Assembly (NCBI RefSeq): GCF_006345805.1
Contig: NC_043005.1
Coordinates: 78,058,001 to 78,122,000, forward strand
Reading direction: 5' to 3'
Length of the DNA stretch: 64,000 nt
DNA from: Octopus sinensis
Lineage: Eukaryota
The translations under genes and the position numbers were made by a program. The notes beneath the pieces were generated by a model that was not told where the DNA came from, did no database searches, and worked only from the letters and a program-made list of their open reading frames with translations. This document shows, in pieces, positions 1 through 13,368 of this stretch. The stretch's first letter is position 1, and each line of letters opens with the position of its first letter.

Positions 1-566
1 TATTGGTTTGTCCTCTGTCTGTCTGTCTGTCTGTCTCTCTTCTCTGTTTCTCTCAATAAACCGTCTTATTACAAACACAGATAGTGTTTCAATAATTATT
101 TATAGCCGATACAGTAGCTGTTAAGTCGACAAGCTCTTTAGTTCACATGCAATATTGGTAATTACAGAAAACAGGCAACATTCATCATTTAAATCTCGTT
201 ATAGGAAGTGTCTGTCTCTTTTATGTTGGTAAGGACACCACAGTGAGGATTTTCTGTTTTTTTTATTCATTTGCATCATTAAACAGACATAATCTTTCTT
301 TCCCACCCTGTCTTTCTCTCTTTCTTACATTTTCTCTTCCTCTTTGGCTTATTATTTTAAGCGCCATTTTATTTTATGGTCATTTAAAGCGTCCTTAACT
401 AAATTAACAAAGTGCTGATTATCTAGCAAGCCAGAAAACGTAGTCAACCGTAAATCATTGTCTACTCAGCTGTGAGATCCTGTTTAGTCCTCGTTTCTTT
501 CTTGTTTCTTTTTTTTCTTTCTTTCTTTCGTTTATTTTTTACCAGAAATTATCTCTTTCTGTCTCG

Positions 567-597
<31 letters not shown>

Positions 598-664
598 GCA
601 TACACACACACGCATACACACATGCACTCACACGCTCGCATCTACATACATATGTACACGTAGG

Positions 665-915
665 CATACATACATACATACATACATACATACATACATA
701 CATACATACATACATAACATACATACATACAATACATACATACATACATACATACATACATACATACTACATACATACATACATACATACATACATACAT
801 ACATACATACATACATACATACATACATACATACATACATACATACATACATACATACATACATACATACATACATACATACATACATACATACATACAT
901 ACATACATACATACA
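665..915. repeat. (CATA)n microsatellite, preceded by (CT)n/(CA)n
   Basis: Seen directly. Confidence 0.98.
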
Positions 916-1039
916 TGACACATGGCCTAGTCGTTACGGCCGCGAGATAATGGTTTCAATTCCTGAACCGATTGATACGTTGTGTTCTTCAGCAGGAATA
1001 CTTCACCTCAAGTTGCTTCGCGATCACTTCGATACCCTG

Positions 1040-2950
1040 ACGCTTTGTTCTTTGTATTTGTTCTTGTTATGGACATCTACGGTTGGTGTTACAACACTAG
1101 GTACACCTGGTCTCCGATACAGTGCTAGAACCTGTAGGCGCGACACAAATCTTGAACATGTTAGACCAAAGTCTTTATTCAACGTAAAACACAGATTTCC
1201 AAAGGACATAAATGAAAAAGAAATTCTAACTTCGGAACGAGTATTTGCTTTTATTCTTAGTCAAGGCGAAGGCGGCGAGCTGGCAGAATCGTTAGCACAC
1301 CGGGGAAACTTCTTAGCAGCATGTCGTCCGTTTTTAAAAGCGAAATAAGGCGGCGAGCTGGCAGAAACGTTAGCACGCCGGGCGAGATGCTTTGTGGTAT
1401 TTCGTCCGCCGCTGCGTTCTGAGTTCAACTCCCGCCGCGGTCGACTTTACCTTTCATCCTTTCGGGGTCGATAAATTAAGTACCAGTGACACACTGGGGT
1501 CGATGTCATCGACTTAATCTGTTTGTCTGTACTTGTTTGTCCCCTCTACCTTGTGGGTAGTAAAGAAATAGGTATTTCGTCCGTCTTTACGTTCTGAGCT
1601 CAAATTCCGTCGAGGTCGACTTTTCCTTTCATCCGTTCAGAGTCGATTAAATAAGTACCATTCCGCCGAAATCGACTTGCCTTTCACCTTTTCGGGGTCG
1701 GTTAAATAAGTACTAGTTTTTTGTGATACAAGCCGAAGATTCTGCTTGTATTGCAAAAAACGCGTCCCAGCGAATATCCACAATAGTCAACTAGTCAGAA
1801 TGCACCGATTATCGCATGTGTTTACGACTACGCAAAGAGAAGGCGAGTTTTTTTTATGGCTTTACGTACTTGTTTGTACTCATAAACATGGGCCAGTAAA
1901 TAGAAAAAAAAAATATGAAGGCGCCTGATCTTAACATATGACGTCGGTGAATGTGATCTCAACTGGAAAAAAAGTAGAGACACTACATGATTGCAGAAGC
2001 CTCGCTATTTTGGGTAGCCACTTTGGTGTCAATGACTCTATCATTAATCCTGTTTACAAAGTGCATGGAACGGATTCGTTTATCACTGGTTGACAAATTG
2101 CTTTGAAAGAAGGATAGATATAGTCGTTTCAGTGATAATGTTCATTCTCAGCTCAGAGTCCATTAATCGTGTTTGCTCATCTCGCACGTTATTTTCTGTA
2201 CACTGGTCGTGGTTACCAACCGATGTGTAGTAACCCGTTCTATTCTCCTACAAGTTGAATATAATTCTAAGTCACGAATGATCCCCACCAAATACATAAT
2301 GTAGAAAGACGAATTAACATTTTTTGCCTCTGTTGACTCCTGATTAAGAAACAATGTGAGATGATAAAGTAAGATGATTTCTATCGTTAAATTGTTTTTT
2401 CGAAGTAAATATTTTAAACTCATTTCGAACAGGAAAGGCTTAAAACTTTATCTGCAGCAGGAAACAGAGATTTCTTATTGCTTTGAAAGCAACGTCAATA
2501 TCTGAAAAGTGGTAGAATTTATTCAGATTCCGAAAAGGATAAAGACAATTCGTAGAAAAAGATAATAAAGCTACAAAATATATAGCACCACGATAAGAAT
2601 ATCTTTCGAATTAATTCAAATACAACTGGAAAGGATTAAATAGAAAAAATAACGAACGAATTTATCTGACAATTCAATATTTTGATTTTTATGTTGTTGG
2701 CATTGCTAAATAAATTTTTGCATATTTTTTTTGAGAAAAACTTCAAAATCTTAATGTTTCGTAAATATTAATATTATGAATTCAAATGTATTTCAATGGT
2801 TACATGTACTTTAAAGGCTTAACTCAATAAAAATGAAATCAGATTGGCTGATTTGAAATATGTTTTCATCGATAATCTAATATGATAAATGCGAAAACTA
2901 TTTTCTGTGTGTCACACTTTGAGCCCTCTCTCACTATGACCCTTCTGCTG
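1040..2950 (-). pseudogene. Highly decayed LRR/Toll-like receptor-like pseudogene
   Basis: In minus order: SLKYLLRKNNL (LRR, 2423), NPFHALC (LRR-CT-like, 2076-2056), WDAFFA (TIR box1-like, 1769-1752), FKICV and PGVP (box2-like, about 1155-1080). Many stops and frameshifts. Confidence 0.4.
1269..1715 (+). mobile_element. Nested Meta/MESC-domain tRNA-SINE array
   Basis: Head aaggcggcgagctggcagaa.cgttagc, B-box gagttcaa and core ctttcatcctttcggggtcgataaattaagtaccag. A full copy (1347-1571) sits inside an older copy. Confidence 0.85.
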
Positions 2951-3672
2951 TTGATGATGTTTTATTAAAATTAGTAGTGTTGATGATGGTGGTAGTGAGA
3001 ATAATAATAAGAGAGAAAGAAAGAGTGGGTATGTGAGAGAAAGAGAGACTGAACACTAAATTCATTTCCTTAGAACCACCACCATCACCATCGCATTTCT
3101 CATACACACACCATTCAGACTTCTGACGCCATCACCATCAATACCTTTGACTTCGCCGCCTTCCTTTGCACCACCATCACCACTGTCTTTCACATCGCTT
3201 ACTCTCACCGTCATCTCTGACCGCCTCGGCTACCACCAACATCATCACCGCCTCCTTCACCTCTATCACAACTACAGATCATACTATTACTATCACCTCA
3301 TTACCATCACAAAACGCCTGAATGGTGTGTGTATGGCAGATGTAGAGGTGATAGTGGTGGTACTATTGTTTATCATGCAGCTTTACAATAAGTTCCAAGT
3401 CGACAAATTATATCATTGTTTTGATGAAAACTGTTCCTTGCTTGAAAAATATTTTTCAAGTTTAATAAAATTTCATATGTACTCAATGCATGAAGTGTCA
3501 TTGTTGGGCCCAAGGCCTAATAAAGAGCCCTCCACAGGGCGGCTTTTAAGATAGTATTATAATAATTCTTTTTTTTTTTTGAGTGTAGGCATAAATGTGT
3601 GGTTAAAGATTTTCGCTTAACAAATATGTGGTTTGTTAATTCAGTTTCACTTTATGGTATATTCAATTTTTT

Positions 3673-4040
3673 TTCTTTTCTGCTCTAGGCTCAAGGCCCG
3701 AAATTTTTTGGGAGGGGGCGAGTCGATTAGATCGACCCCAGGACGCAAGTGGTACTTAATTTATCGACCCCGAAATGATGAAAGGCAAAGTCGACCACGA
3801 CGGAATTTGAACTCAGAACGTAGCGACAGACGAAATACCTATTTCTTTACTACCCACAAAGGGCTAAACACAGAGAGGACAAACAAGGACAGACAAACGG
3901 ATTATATCGAACCCAGTGCGTAACTGGTACTTATTTAATCGACCCCGAAAGAATGAAAGGCAAAGTCGACCACGGCGGAATTTGAACTCAGAACGTACCG
4001 CTAAGAATTTCGCCCGACGTGCTAACTTTTCTGCCATCTC
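3673..4040 (-). mobile_element. Meta/MESC-SINE dimer
   Basis: Two cores with the two alternative 3' tails, joined at gaaatacc|tatttc. Confidence 0.85.
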
Positions 4041-4268
4041 GGTATATTCCTAGCTGACCAATGACTTTTGAGTGGATTTTATGCACGGAAAGAGAAGAAA
4101 CTTGTCATATATGTGTATATACATATCTTTTAAATTCGTTTATGGTAACGTTAATTGTATGCAAATAAAACCTCTATTTCATTATGCCGGCTACCGTCTA
4201 ATGATACTGAATAGTGAATCAGGTTTTCGGGGCTGCATCATGGTTATAGCGATAGTATGTAGAATAAA

Positions 4269-4781
4269 TCTATATATATAAAACTGTAGTTGTGTGAGTG
4301 TCTGTCCCCTTCGATTTAGATTCCTAACTACTCCCACATTTTGCGGTGCAGTTTAACCAAATTCGGGTATCTTATAGTCGTGATTCATATCGAGCCCATC
4401 TGAGTATTAGCGCGCGTCTACGATGAGTCTACGATTTTAAAAATAATTTAACATCATCTTTTATTCCATTTTAATGCATAATTTTTCGTGTGTCGATGGC
4501 GGCGGAGTTGGCGTCCACGGTCACACCTGCACCTGTTTGCTTCTCCCTCTTCTTCCCTCCCTCGTGAAGCTGTGGTGAAGGGAGTGTAAGGAAATCAACG
4601 TCGTAAAGCGTTGTCAAGGAGACCAGCGTTCTTTTAGAACAACGACTTCATGGCTTAAAGACACCAAAACAAAAATGGCTAAGAAATTCCGAATTGGCAT
4701 CTATAAGGGAAGTAACTCTCTAAAAATGCTTATATAGTTATTTCCCTTACAAACCCGAGCAACGCCGGGCGATACTGCTAG
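4269..4781 (+). mobile_element. Non-autonomous Helitron
   Basis: A|TCTATATATATAAA 5' end; 3' hairpin CCCGAGCAACGCCGGG, then cgatactg-CTAG|T; no TSD. Confidence 0.88.
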
Positions 4782-5468
4782 TATAATATAAACAATAATT
4801 CTAGGATGGAATTTATAAATATTTGATACACCGCTAAAAATCATATGACTTTAACATCAGAGTCTGCATCCTTGAGATGATTAACGATTACAGCATAGTC
4901 CGTATTATCCGTGGCCATCTGGTTGATTATCATCATTGATTCATTTCATCAGGCGATATTGCATTGGTGGATGAATGACAGAGGGATGTTTATCCCTTCT
5001 TGCCAGTATGAAGGTTAATCTAGCTATGTGGGTATTTCTGTTTGTAGTTCGTAGGGGGAGGTAAGCAATGGGAGTAGAGGAAGGAATATGTGTATATATT
5101 GGAATAAAAGCTGGCACAGAAAGACGATAGGGGAACATACGGAACACACACACACATACACACACACGCACACACACACAAACACACACACACACACAGA
5201 AAAGCTGTAGACAAGCTCATCCCTCATCAGTTATCGACCAAAAATCATTAAAATATCGCACAATTATCCTTACGATTGTCCATTTTAGTGACGTCAAACA
5301 CTAAAACAATTCTGTGAAACGTGAGCGGACATAGAGGATAGAATGGGAGTAATGAAAAAAGGTCTGTAGATCGAACAGTACAATGAATAGAAAACGAAGA
5401 AGTAAAACAAAAAAAAAAAAACGTAAAAGGCAAGACGGTAACGAAAACGTAAACAAATGGCACACATG

Positions 5469-5475
<7 letters not shown>

Positions 5476-5530
<55 letters not shown>

Positions 5531-5737
5531 TAAGCAGCCATTCGGCTATATAATAGAATTAGGAAAAGACATAAACAATGAAAAAAACACGCAAAATCGG
5601 TTATATATATATACATTGTTTGTCTTGTTTACCATTTGTGTCTTTCGTTGTTCGAAAAAATAGTTCATATTTCATAACATCGTACTTCGTATTTTATTTT
5701 TGTTGTACACGTTTCATGAAGTCCAGTGCCCACATAA

Positions 5738-5796
<59 letters not shown>

Positions 5797-5846
5797 ATAT
5801 ATATACGTATGTATGTATGTATGTATGTATGTATGTATGTATGTAT
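5476..5846. repeat. (TA)n tracts (5476-5528, 5740-5805) and (TATG)n
   Basis: Seen directly. Confidence 0.95.
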
Positions 5847-6155
5847 AATTTGCAGGATTCGAGAATCGGGTATTTGAATAGTGAAGACACCATTGTGTAG
5901 AAACAATGCATAACGACAGATACGTATTTTCTAAAGTTAACAGAGACTTGTTCTCCAGTTAAGCATAATATTTGAACTGGCTGACTGAATATAGAATGAG
6001 TTATAAATGTTACACCTTGTGCACTGCCTTCTTTAGACTCCAGATCCAAACGAATTGCAAGTTCCGTTTTAGGTGGAGAATAAACAATGACAACAAATGG
6101 ATTGTGATTCACTGCAGCTGGTTCAGAGGTGTCTTTTCTACTGATGAACAAAAAG

Positions 6156-6315
6156 TGCCTGTGTGGTAAATATCTTGCTTACCAGCCACATGGTTCTGGG
6201 TTCAGTCCCACGGCGTGGCACCTTGGGCAAGTGTCTTTTACTATAACCTCGGGCCGACCAAAGCCTTGTGAGTGGATTTGGTAGACGGAAACTAAAAGAA
6301 GCCCGTCGTATATAT

Positions 6316-6359
<44 letters not shown>

Positions 6360-6566
6360 CTGTTTGTTCCCGCAACATCACTTGACAACCGATGCTGGTG
6401 TGTTTACGTCCCCGTAACTTCGGTTCGGCAAAAAGAGACCGATAGAATAAGTACTATGTTTCCAAAGAATAAGTCCTGGGGTCGATTTGCTCCACTAAAA
6501 GTGGTGCTCCAGCACGGCCGCAGTCAAATGACTGAAACAAGTAAAAGAGTAAAAAGAGTAAAGAGT
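6156..6566 (+). mobile_element. CORE-type tRNA-SINE (OR2-like)
   Basis: tRNA-like head, CORE-like caccttgggcaagtgtc, internal (TA)n and tail aaaagagt repeats. Confidence 0.8.
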
Positions 6567-7324
6567 ATACATACATACATACATACATACATACATACAT
6601 ACATACATACATGCATACATACATACATACATACATGCATACATACATACTAAAGAATATTACAGTCGGATAAAGAAAATTTAGACCTCAGAACTCTCTG
6701 CATTCAATAAAATATTGGCCCAAAATGTGTTTTCAGTGCCAGTACTCATACCAACATGTGAGATGCTTGATTGGACACTTGATGAGATCCGACCCATTGA
6801 TGTGAAAACCAGATTAATATTAATAAGCACATTCTATTGATTTGAATTCAGCAGAAAAGGAACACTACAGGGATGTTCATTTATACCTCTTGATCTTCCT
6901 TTCTACTATAGGCACAAGGCCTGAAATTTTGAGGGAGGAGGAGGCCAGCTGATTTCATCGACCCCAGTGCTTCACTGGTATTTGTTTCATCGACGCCGAA
7001 AGGGGGGAAGGCAAATTCGATCTTGGGGAATGTAAACTCAGCACGTAACGTCCGAAGGTTTGGTAGTTGTAATTCTCCTTGTTTATTGTGATTTTAAGTT
7101 ATCTTTATTATATATTTCGTTTTTGGATTTGGTTTGCAAGATTCTTGTGTTGAAGCATATTCTGTTGTGTCTGGGGAGAGTCATTTTCTTTTTGTGCCTT
7201 ATAATTTAACACACCCACTGGTAAAATTTCCACTTATTTCTTATTTTTATTTTCTTAAAATTTTCGCTGCGTCATTTTCAATAGTCTTGACGCTGTCCGT
7301 TGTTTACACTGCGTTCCTTTTTGT

Positions 7325-7650
7325 TTGCTTGTGCGCATGTGTGGATCTGTGTGTGTGTATGTGTGTGTGTGTGTCTATGCATGCATGTACGTATGTATGT
7401 GTGTATGTATGTATGCATGTGTATGTATGTATATATGTTTGTGTGTGCGCATCTGTATGTATGTATCCTGTATATTCATGTGCTTGCATGTCCGTGTTTG
7501 TGTATTTTCTATGTATGTGTGAGCGTGTGTTTTTATATGTATGCACCTCTGTCTCCTTGTATGTGCGTTATGCAACTATGTACCATGTTTGTATGTATGG
7601 ATGGATGTGTACCTCTATATGTGTGGATCCGTGTCTCCATATGTGTCTTT
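7325..7650. repeat. Degenerate (GT)/(GTAT) low-complexity tract
   Basis: Seen directly. Confidence 0.9.
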
Positions 7651-7689
7651 GCGTGGAGAGAGATGAAAGAGACGACTATAACAACACTT

Positions 7690-8042
7690 TGAACAGACCC
7701 TACTAAGCACAACTTGTCCCAATTCCATCCTGGTAGCAAACTGCTTGACAGAGATAGGCAATAAGACTGTCCCTCACCCGCCTTACAGTTCAAACCCTAC
7801 TGCTTGTGACTTCCGGTTGTTTCCTAAGCTGAAGGAGAACCTCAGGGACAGTCCTTCTGAAGGCATTAAAACACTTTTAATCTAGAGGATTTCCGTGAGG
7901 CCTTCTCGAAGTGGTTAGGCCGCTACAACAAATACACTGAAATCAGAGAAATTTACTTTAAAGAAGCTCAGCTTTTTGTACTTCTTTGAAATCAATAAAT
8001 ATCTCTCCCGACAAAGTCTCAAAACCATTGGAAGGGACCTCG
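7690..8042 (+). mobile_element. Mariner 3' fragment
   Basis: Reads PHPPYSSNPTACDFRLFPKLKENLR (YSPDLAPCDF motif) and ends in TIR-like ...gggacctcg|TA. Confidence 0.7.
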
Positions 8043-8799
8043 TAATTCAATTTAATGATTGGCAGTCGTTTATGATCTGATCAGTTAGTGAACACTTCGG
8101 AAAACTGGAGACATTGGTCCTAAAGATCCTTGTGATGGGGAAAGTATTGTTATGCGTTAGTGCGTGGATGCGTTCCTGATCAAATGCAATCTAATCATAA
8201 CTCTTCTATAGGTCCCGGTACTTCATAGAGAATTTCCCAGATTCAAGTGTCCGTAATCTAATTTTATAGAGAAACTGAGAAACGATCATATCTCACAAAT
8301 TTAAAAATTCTTTCAAATTTGGGCACAAGGCCAGGAATTTCGGGGAAATTGAAGGAAAATCGATGCCACAATAGTTGACTGCTATTTTATAGACCCCGAA
8401 AGGATGAAAGGCAATGTAGATCTCGGTGGGATTTGAACTCAGTACGTAAAGAGTCGGAACACATACTTCGAAGTATTTTTCAGACCTTTTAACAACTCTG
8501 CTAGCGCACTTCTTCGGATCATGTTAAGTTGCCTGTGGAGTTCGAACCACGCTTCTGTGGCCCATGCTTACGTGCTACCAGTTACACAAAACAGTCCCCC
8601 AATTTACACTAAAGCATTTCTCCAGTTATACGAAAGCAGTCTCCAGGTTACATTAAAGCAGTTCCCGTGTTACACTAGAAATCTTGATGGATATTTCTAT
8701 ACTAAGTTGTAACGAAATAATGTGGAAATTAAGGGTTTCGTTTTAAAAAAATTCTATTAATGATTTAAACAAGATATGAACTCAATTCCCGTGAGTTTG

Positions 8800-9870
8800 A
8801 AATTCAAAAGTCTTTCGTATCACATTGGATGCTAAATTCAGTAAGAAACAAATCTGTCGTCCGAAATAAAGCTAGTAAACGGAAGTTGTTAGGAAAACCA
8901 TAGATATTAAGAGTCAGCTAAACTATATAGACGAGAAACCAACTAAAAGTCACTTTATTATGTATATTGTTATGCTGTATAAACTTGGGTCCTTCAGAGA
9001 ACTCCGGTTGCTAATGAGAAAATACTGACTGTTATCGGTTTAGGAAATTAAAACCGACATTACCGTGTAGAAGAATATCGAAAGTGGTTTTAAGTAGGCG
9101 ATCATTTAAAAGTACGTTTAGCCAATGTTGTTTGTTGGAAAAGATTTCAGAGACTGGAACTACTTCAGCTAGATAATAATACAATTATATTGCTTGAGAA
9201 AATTTGTGTGAAAGAATATTTTTTACACGTTCGGCTACCATATTGGTGTTAAGTGTTTCAAACGCTTGAGAGACTTTAGTTTGGTATCAATAATGTTTGG
9301 ATAAAAAGTTTATTCAGATGTCTTAAATAAATACTCAGAAATGCTATGATAGTACATATTTTCTTCGTTGCCATGGTAACAATCCTTCCGAGTTATAGTT
9401 GCCGAGATGACAATCCCTGGAAGATAGTAAAACAGAATCACTTGAAATGCAAATTAATTAATTAATAAATAAGGCTAAAATGTCTTTGATGACAACACAA
9501 CTTTATTGGGTTTCTATAAATGTGAAAGGCAAATGAATGGAATGTCTTTATTGTTGAATGATACAGTGATAGTTTGACGTGGATGTATTGATGTTTATAA
9601 AACGGTGTTTCTCTGGCCATTGAAAAATCTGTAGACTATAAAGTGCGGTCGTAGTGTAGCAGGTGCCAGACGAAAACAGATAATTTTGAACACTTTAGTT
9701 GGCGCCTTGAACGTGAGAACAATTGTTCAGATAAAAAGCTTTCAAATACAACACTGAAAATAGAAATGAAAACAAGGTTGAAAGCAAAGATTACATTGTT
9801 CAGAAAGTCGTTATTGTTGAATTACATGTAATAAATAACTGTTGCTGTTTTGTTTATCACATTTTATATT
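8800..9870 (+). pseudogene. Decayed LRR ectodomain plus possible TM segment
   Basis: RFQRLELLQLDNNTIILLE (9142-9198) fits LxxLxLxxNxI; GNNP at 9375-9386; hydrophobic VAVLFITFYI at about 9841-9870. Confidence 0.45.
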
Positions 9871-10639
9871 AAATAAATGAAGGAGGGAATTTTGTCTATG
9901 CTACTCTATTTCAGAACATATAAATATATTATATATCGTAAATATAATGGACATTTTGATAAAATTAATTTCCACTATAGTTGGAATTTAGTAGATGTAT
10001 GCAAAGTTATTTTCAGTATGTAATAAAGAAAATGAACGCATTATAATTTTTCTCGAGCTTTACGACTCATGCAGCCGGTTAATCGGCGGTTTCCATGGTG
10101 CATATGACTGGGATCACGACAGACCTGCAGCGAACCGATGTCCAGTTCACAGGGACGCCAGATCGTTGCAGGTGTCAAGGCCAACGATTTTGAGGGTCGG
10201 GGGAACAAGTTGATTTCATAGACCCAGTACATGTCCTTTATTTTTCCGTCACCAAAGAAATAAAGGACTAAGTTGATCTCGACGTGATTTCAACTCAACG
10301 TAAAAAGGGAGAAGAAATTCCATTATGCATTTCGTTCGACGTGCTAACGGACCTAACAGACCACCACCGTCTTGTATAAAACATTAGCAACCTACAAAAG
10401 AAAAAAAATCACTAAATTGCCAGGATATTATATGGAAGTGAAGGCAGCAAGCTGGAAGAATCGGTAGCATGCCGGACAAAATTCTTAGGGTCATTTCGTC
10501 CGTCTCTACGTTCGGAATTCAAATTCCACCGAGGTCAATTTCGACTTTCATTCATTTGGAGTCAATGACTAAAGAACCAGTCGAGAACTGGTATCGATCT
10601 AATCGACCATTCCCTTTCTTCCTGTACCTATTGTAGAAA

Positions 10640-12451
10640 TACTTAATCGATACCTCACACGAATTACTTGACTTCTCGAGAGAAGCAATATCTATTGATG
10701 GCTCATCCTCTTATTGGTACCGCTTGCCAAATCATACACACAACCTACATTTTATTGCTTCTTGGATGTATATATTGGCAGGATATTTTTATTGTTTGAA
10801 TAAAAAAACAATGCAATTTATGGAATGTATTGGTGATGGTAAAGTTTTAAGATACACATTAGATCGATGTAGCAGCATTCAGTATTTTGTCCACTGATTG
10901 AATCTGTGGTTGGGAGTTATGTATATATTTACCTTGGCAGCTGTACAACACAAGAACCACTCTACAGACCATCACGTGTAATTTATTTTACCAGACTGCC
11001 ACATGATCAACCTTTACTGTCTCGCGAGATCAAGTTAAGAACATTAAACAACATTAAACATCTTCTATATTTATTCTTTGTGGAGGCGCAATGGCCCAGT
11101 GGTTAGGGCAGCGGACTCGCGGTCGTAGGATCGCGGTTTCGATTCCCAGACCGGGCGTTGTGAGTGTTTATTGAGCGAAAACACCTTAAAGCTCCACGAG
11201 GCTCCGGCAGCGGATGGTGGTGATCCCTGCTGTACTTTTTCACCACAACTTTCTCTCACTCTTAATTCCTGTTTCTGTTGTACCTGTATTTCAAAGGGCC
11301 GGCCTTGTCACTCTCTGTGTCACGCTGAATATCTCCGAGAACTACGTTAAGGGTACACGTGTCTGTGGAGTGCTCACCCACTTACACGTTAATTTCACGA
11401 GCAGGCTGTTCCGTTGATTCGGATCAACCGGAACCCTCATCGTCGTAACCAACGGAGTGCTTCCATCCATATTTATTCTTTAAGCGTTCCAGTAGATTCG
11501 AACGTGTATAGGTTAATCGCGGTTGGGATTCGTCGCAGGAAAACAACTTTTCATTTGCCACGATCCATTAGCACCAGGAATTCCGGGGTCGGGATCCCTT
11601 CTGCTAATGAACCATCGTAAAGGAGTTGGTTCCAATTTGCACAAAGACACAACTTAGTACAAGAAAATAACCTTCGAGGCGAGCAAGTTTGAGTGGTGGT
11701 GCAAATTGATACTATCAGCGCCAATATGTGATTGGAATTTTATTTTATCGACCTCGAACGGATGAAAGGCAAAGTTGACCTCGATGGATTTTGGACTCGG
11801 TCTGTAAAATGCCTGATGCATAATTTATTGATCTCATGTTTCGTCAGAAGGTTAGCAATTTCGAACAAGGGACTAAGTCGATTACTTCGACCCAACTGCT
11901 CAGCATGTGAAAGTATGAAAGGCAACCCTCGACCTCTCTAGAATTTGAACAGAGAGCGTAAGGGTGGAAGAAATCCGCGAAGAATTTTGGGCGGCATGCT
12001 AACGATTCTGCTGGCTCGCAGCCTTTACCTGGCACTTCATTTATTGACTGTAGAGAAATGGAAACCAGAGTCGATTTTAGAAGAACTTAAACTCAGAATT
12101 TAGAGGGATAAAGGTGAATTTAGGTAAAGCATCTTTACTGCTTATTTACGGTTCAACCAACCTACTTTAAAATTCATATATACTGGCGTGAACTCATATT
12201 TCGAACGAGAACAATCAGTTGTATATATTAATGGTATTTATTTTCAGAAGGCCGAGATGCAACTGTAAAGATTCTGTGGAATTTGAATTCAAGACAGAGT
12301 GATACATATTCTTATACTCGAGTCCTATCATGTATCAAAATATTCTAATCTCAATTATTCTTTCAACCTCAACTTCTTATATAGATAAACGCTCCTCCAC
12401 ACTGAAGAACTCACCCATTGTACATAAATGGCTTGCAATTCAGGCGATTTG
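10640..12451 (+). repeat. Segmental duplication copy 1, direct part (paralog of about 17680-20795 plus 24517-24726)
   Basis: Shared unique blocks: cttattggtaccgcttgccaaatcat (about 10709 vs 17733), ggcaggatatttttattg...tcgatgtagcagcattca (10777-10880 vs 18397-18502), cagactgccacatga, aactcatatttcgaacgag (12191 vs 20746) and tattctaatctc...cataaatggcttgcaa. Confidence 0.85.
11080..11468 (+). mobile_element. tRNA(Arg)-derived SINE with 13-bp TSD
   Basis: A box TGGCCCAGTGGTTAGGG and B box GGTTTCGATTCC. TSD atatttattcttt at 11067-11079 and 11469-11481. Absent from the paralogous site at about 18800-18815. Confidence 0.9.
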
Positions 12452-13368
12452 AACTCGCAAGAAGGAAGAACTCTGAAATTCAATAATGTTCGTGCTCTGA
12501 TTTTAAGGACTTTTTGCTCAAGGCCATAACCCAATGTTCTGGTCCGAGAATCCGAACTAACGATCTTACGATCCAGTGTATAACACCCTACTACTCGGTC
12601 AGGCCCCTTAAATTTAGTGTTCGAAAGATAATTTTTATCAATCGAAAAAGAAAGCAAAGGATTACTTCGGTGGGATTGGGATTCAAATGAGGAAGCCTAA
12701 ATAATAACAAGCGGTTCGGCAAAAGCGACCGATAGAATAAGTGCTAAGTTTACAAAGAATAACTCCTGAGGTCGATTTGTTCGACTGAAGACGGCGCTCC
12801 AGCATGACCGCAGTCAAATGACTGAAACAGGTAAAAGAATAAAATAATAATAATAAACTATCGATTATCAAAATTAGTTTATTTTTTTATTTTTACATAG
12901 TCGTGCAAATAACAAGAATGGATATGAAGATAAGAATGTGAAATTCAAAGTTTTTGAAAATTTAATCGGTCTTTTTAGCTAAATACTGAGCTGTATTTTA
13001 TGGGGTAACTAATAACACGAAACAAGATTCTCTAAAAGATTATCAAAAATAAATGTGCTTTATAATTTTACATCCTGTAAGAAAATGGTTTTGATTTTTT
13101 TTTTAAAAGAGCTCTTAAAAATCGGTTTAGCTTTTACGTTTAAAATTTGATCCTGAAGTCACAAGTTCCAGCATGCTGAAATGATGGTTTCCCAAAAGTG
13201 ATCTACATTGAGAAAGTAATATTTGTTCAATATTTATATAGAAATATAAAATGAACAATGCAACACGTAAAGGGCACAATAGATTTCATAGGGCATATAT
13301 ATATCTTCAGAAACTGTAATATTCAGAGAAAATATTTCATAAAAAAATTTTTTTTTGCGTTTGGAAGC

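Noticed and set aside
472-923. ORFs with (MYVC)n or (HT)n sequences, and similar ORFs at 4941-5906, 7134-7793, 37355-37722 and 47740-48199
   Set aside because: Translations of CA/TA/CATA microsatellites, not genes.
3075-3370. 135-aa ORF region (3147-3554) with His/Tyr/Pro runs
   Set aside because: Degenerate (CAC/CAT/TAC)n low-complexity sequence with no domain.
11083-11160. Possible tRNA-Arg gene
   Set aside because: No proper acceptor stem or T-run terminator; it continues into a SINE body bounded by a TSD.
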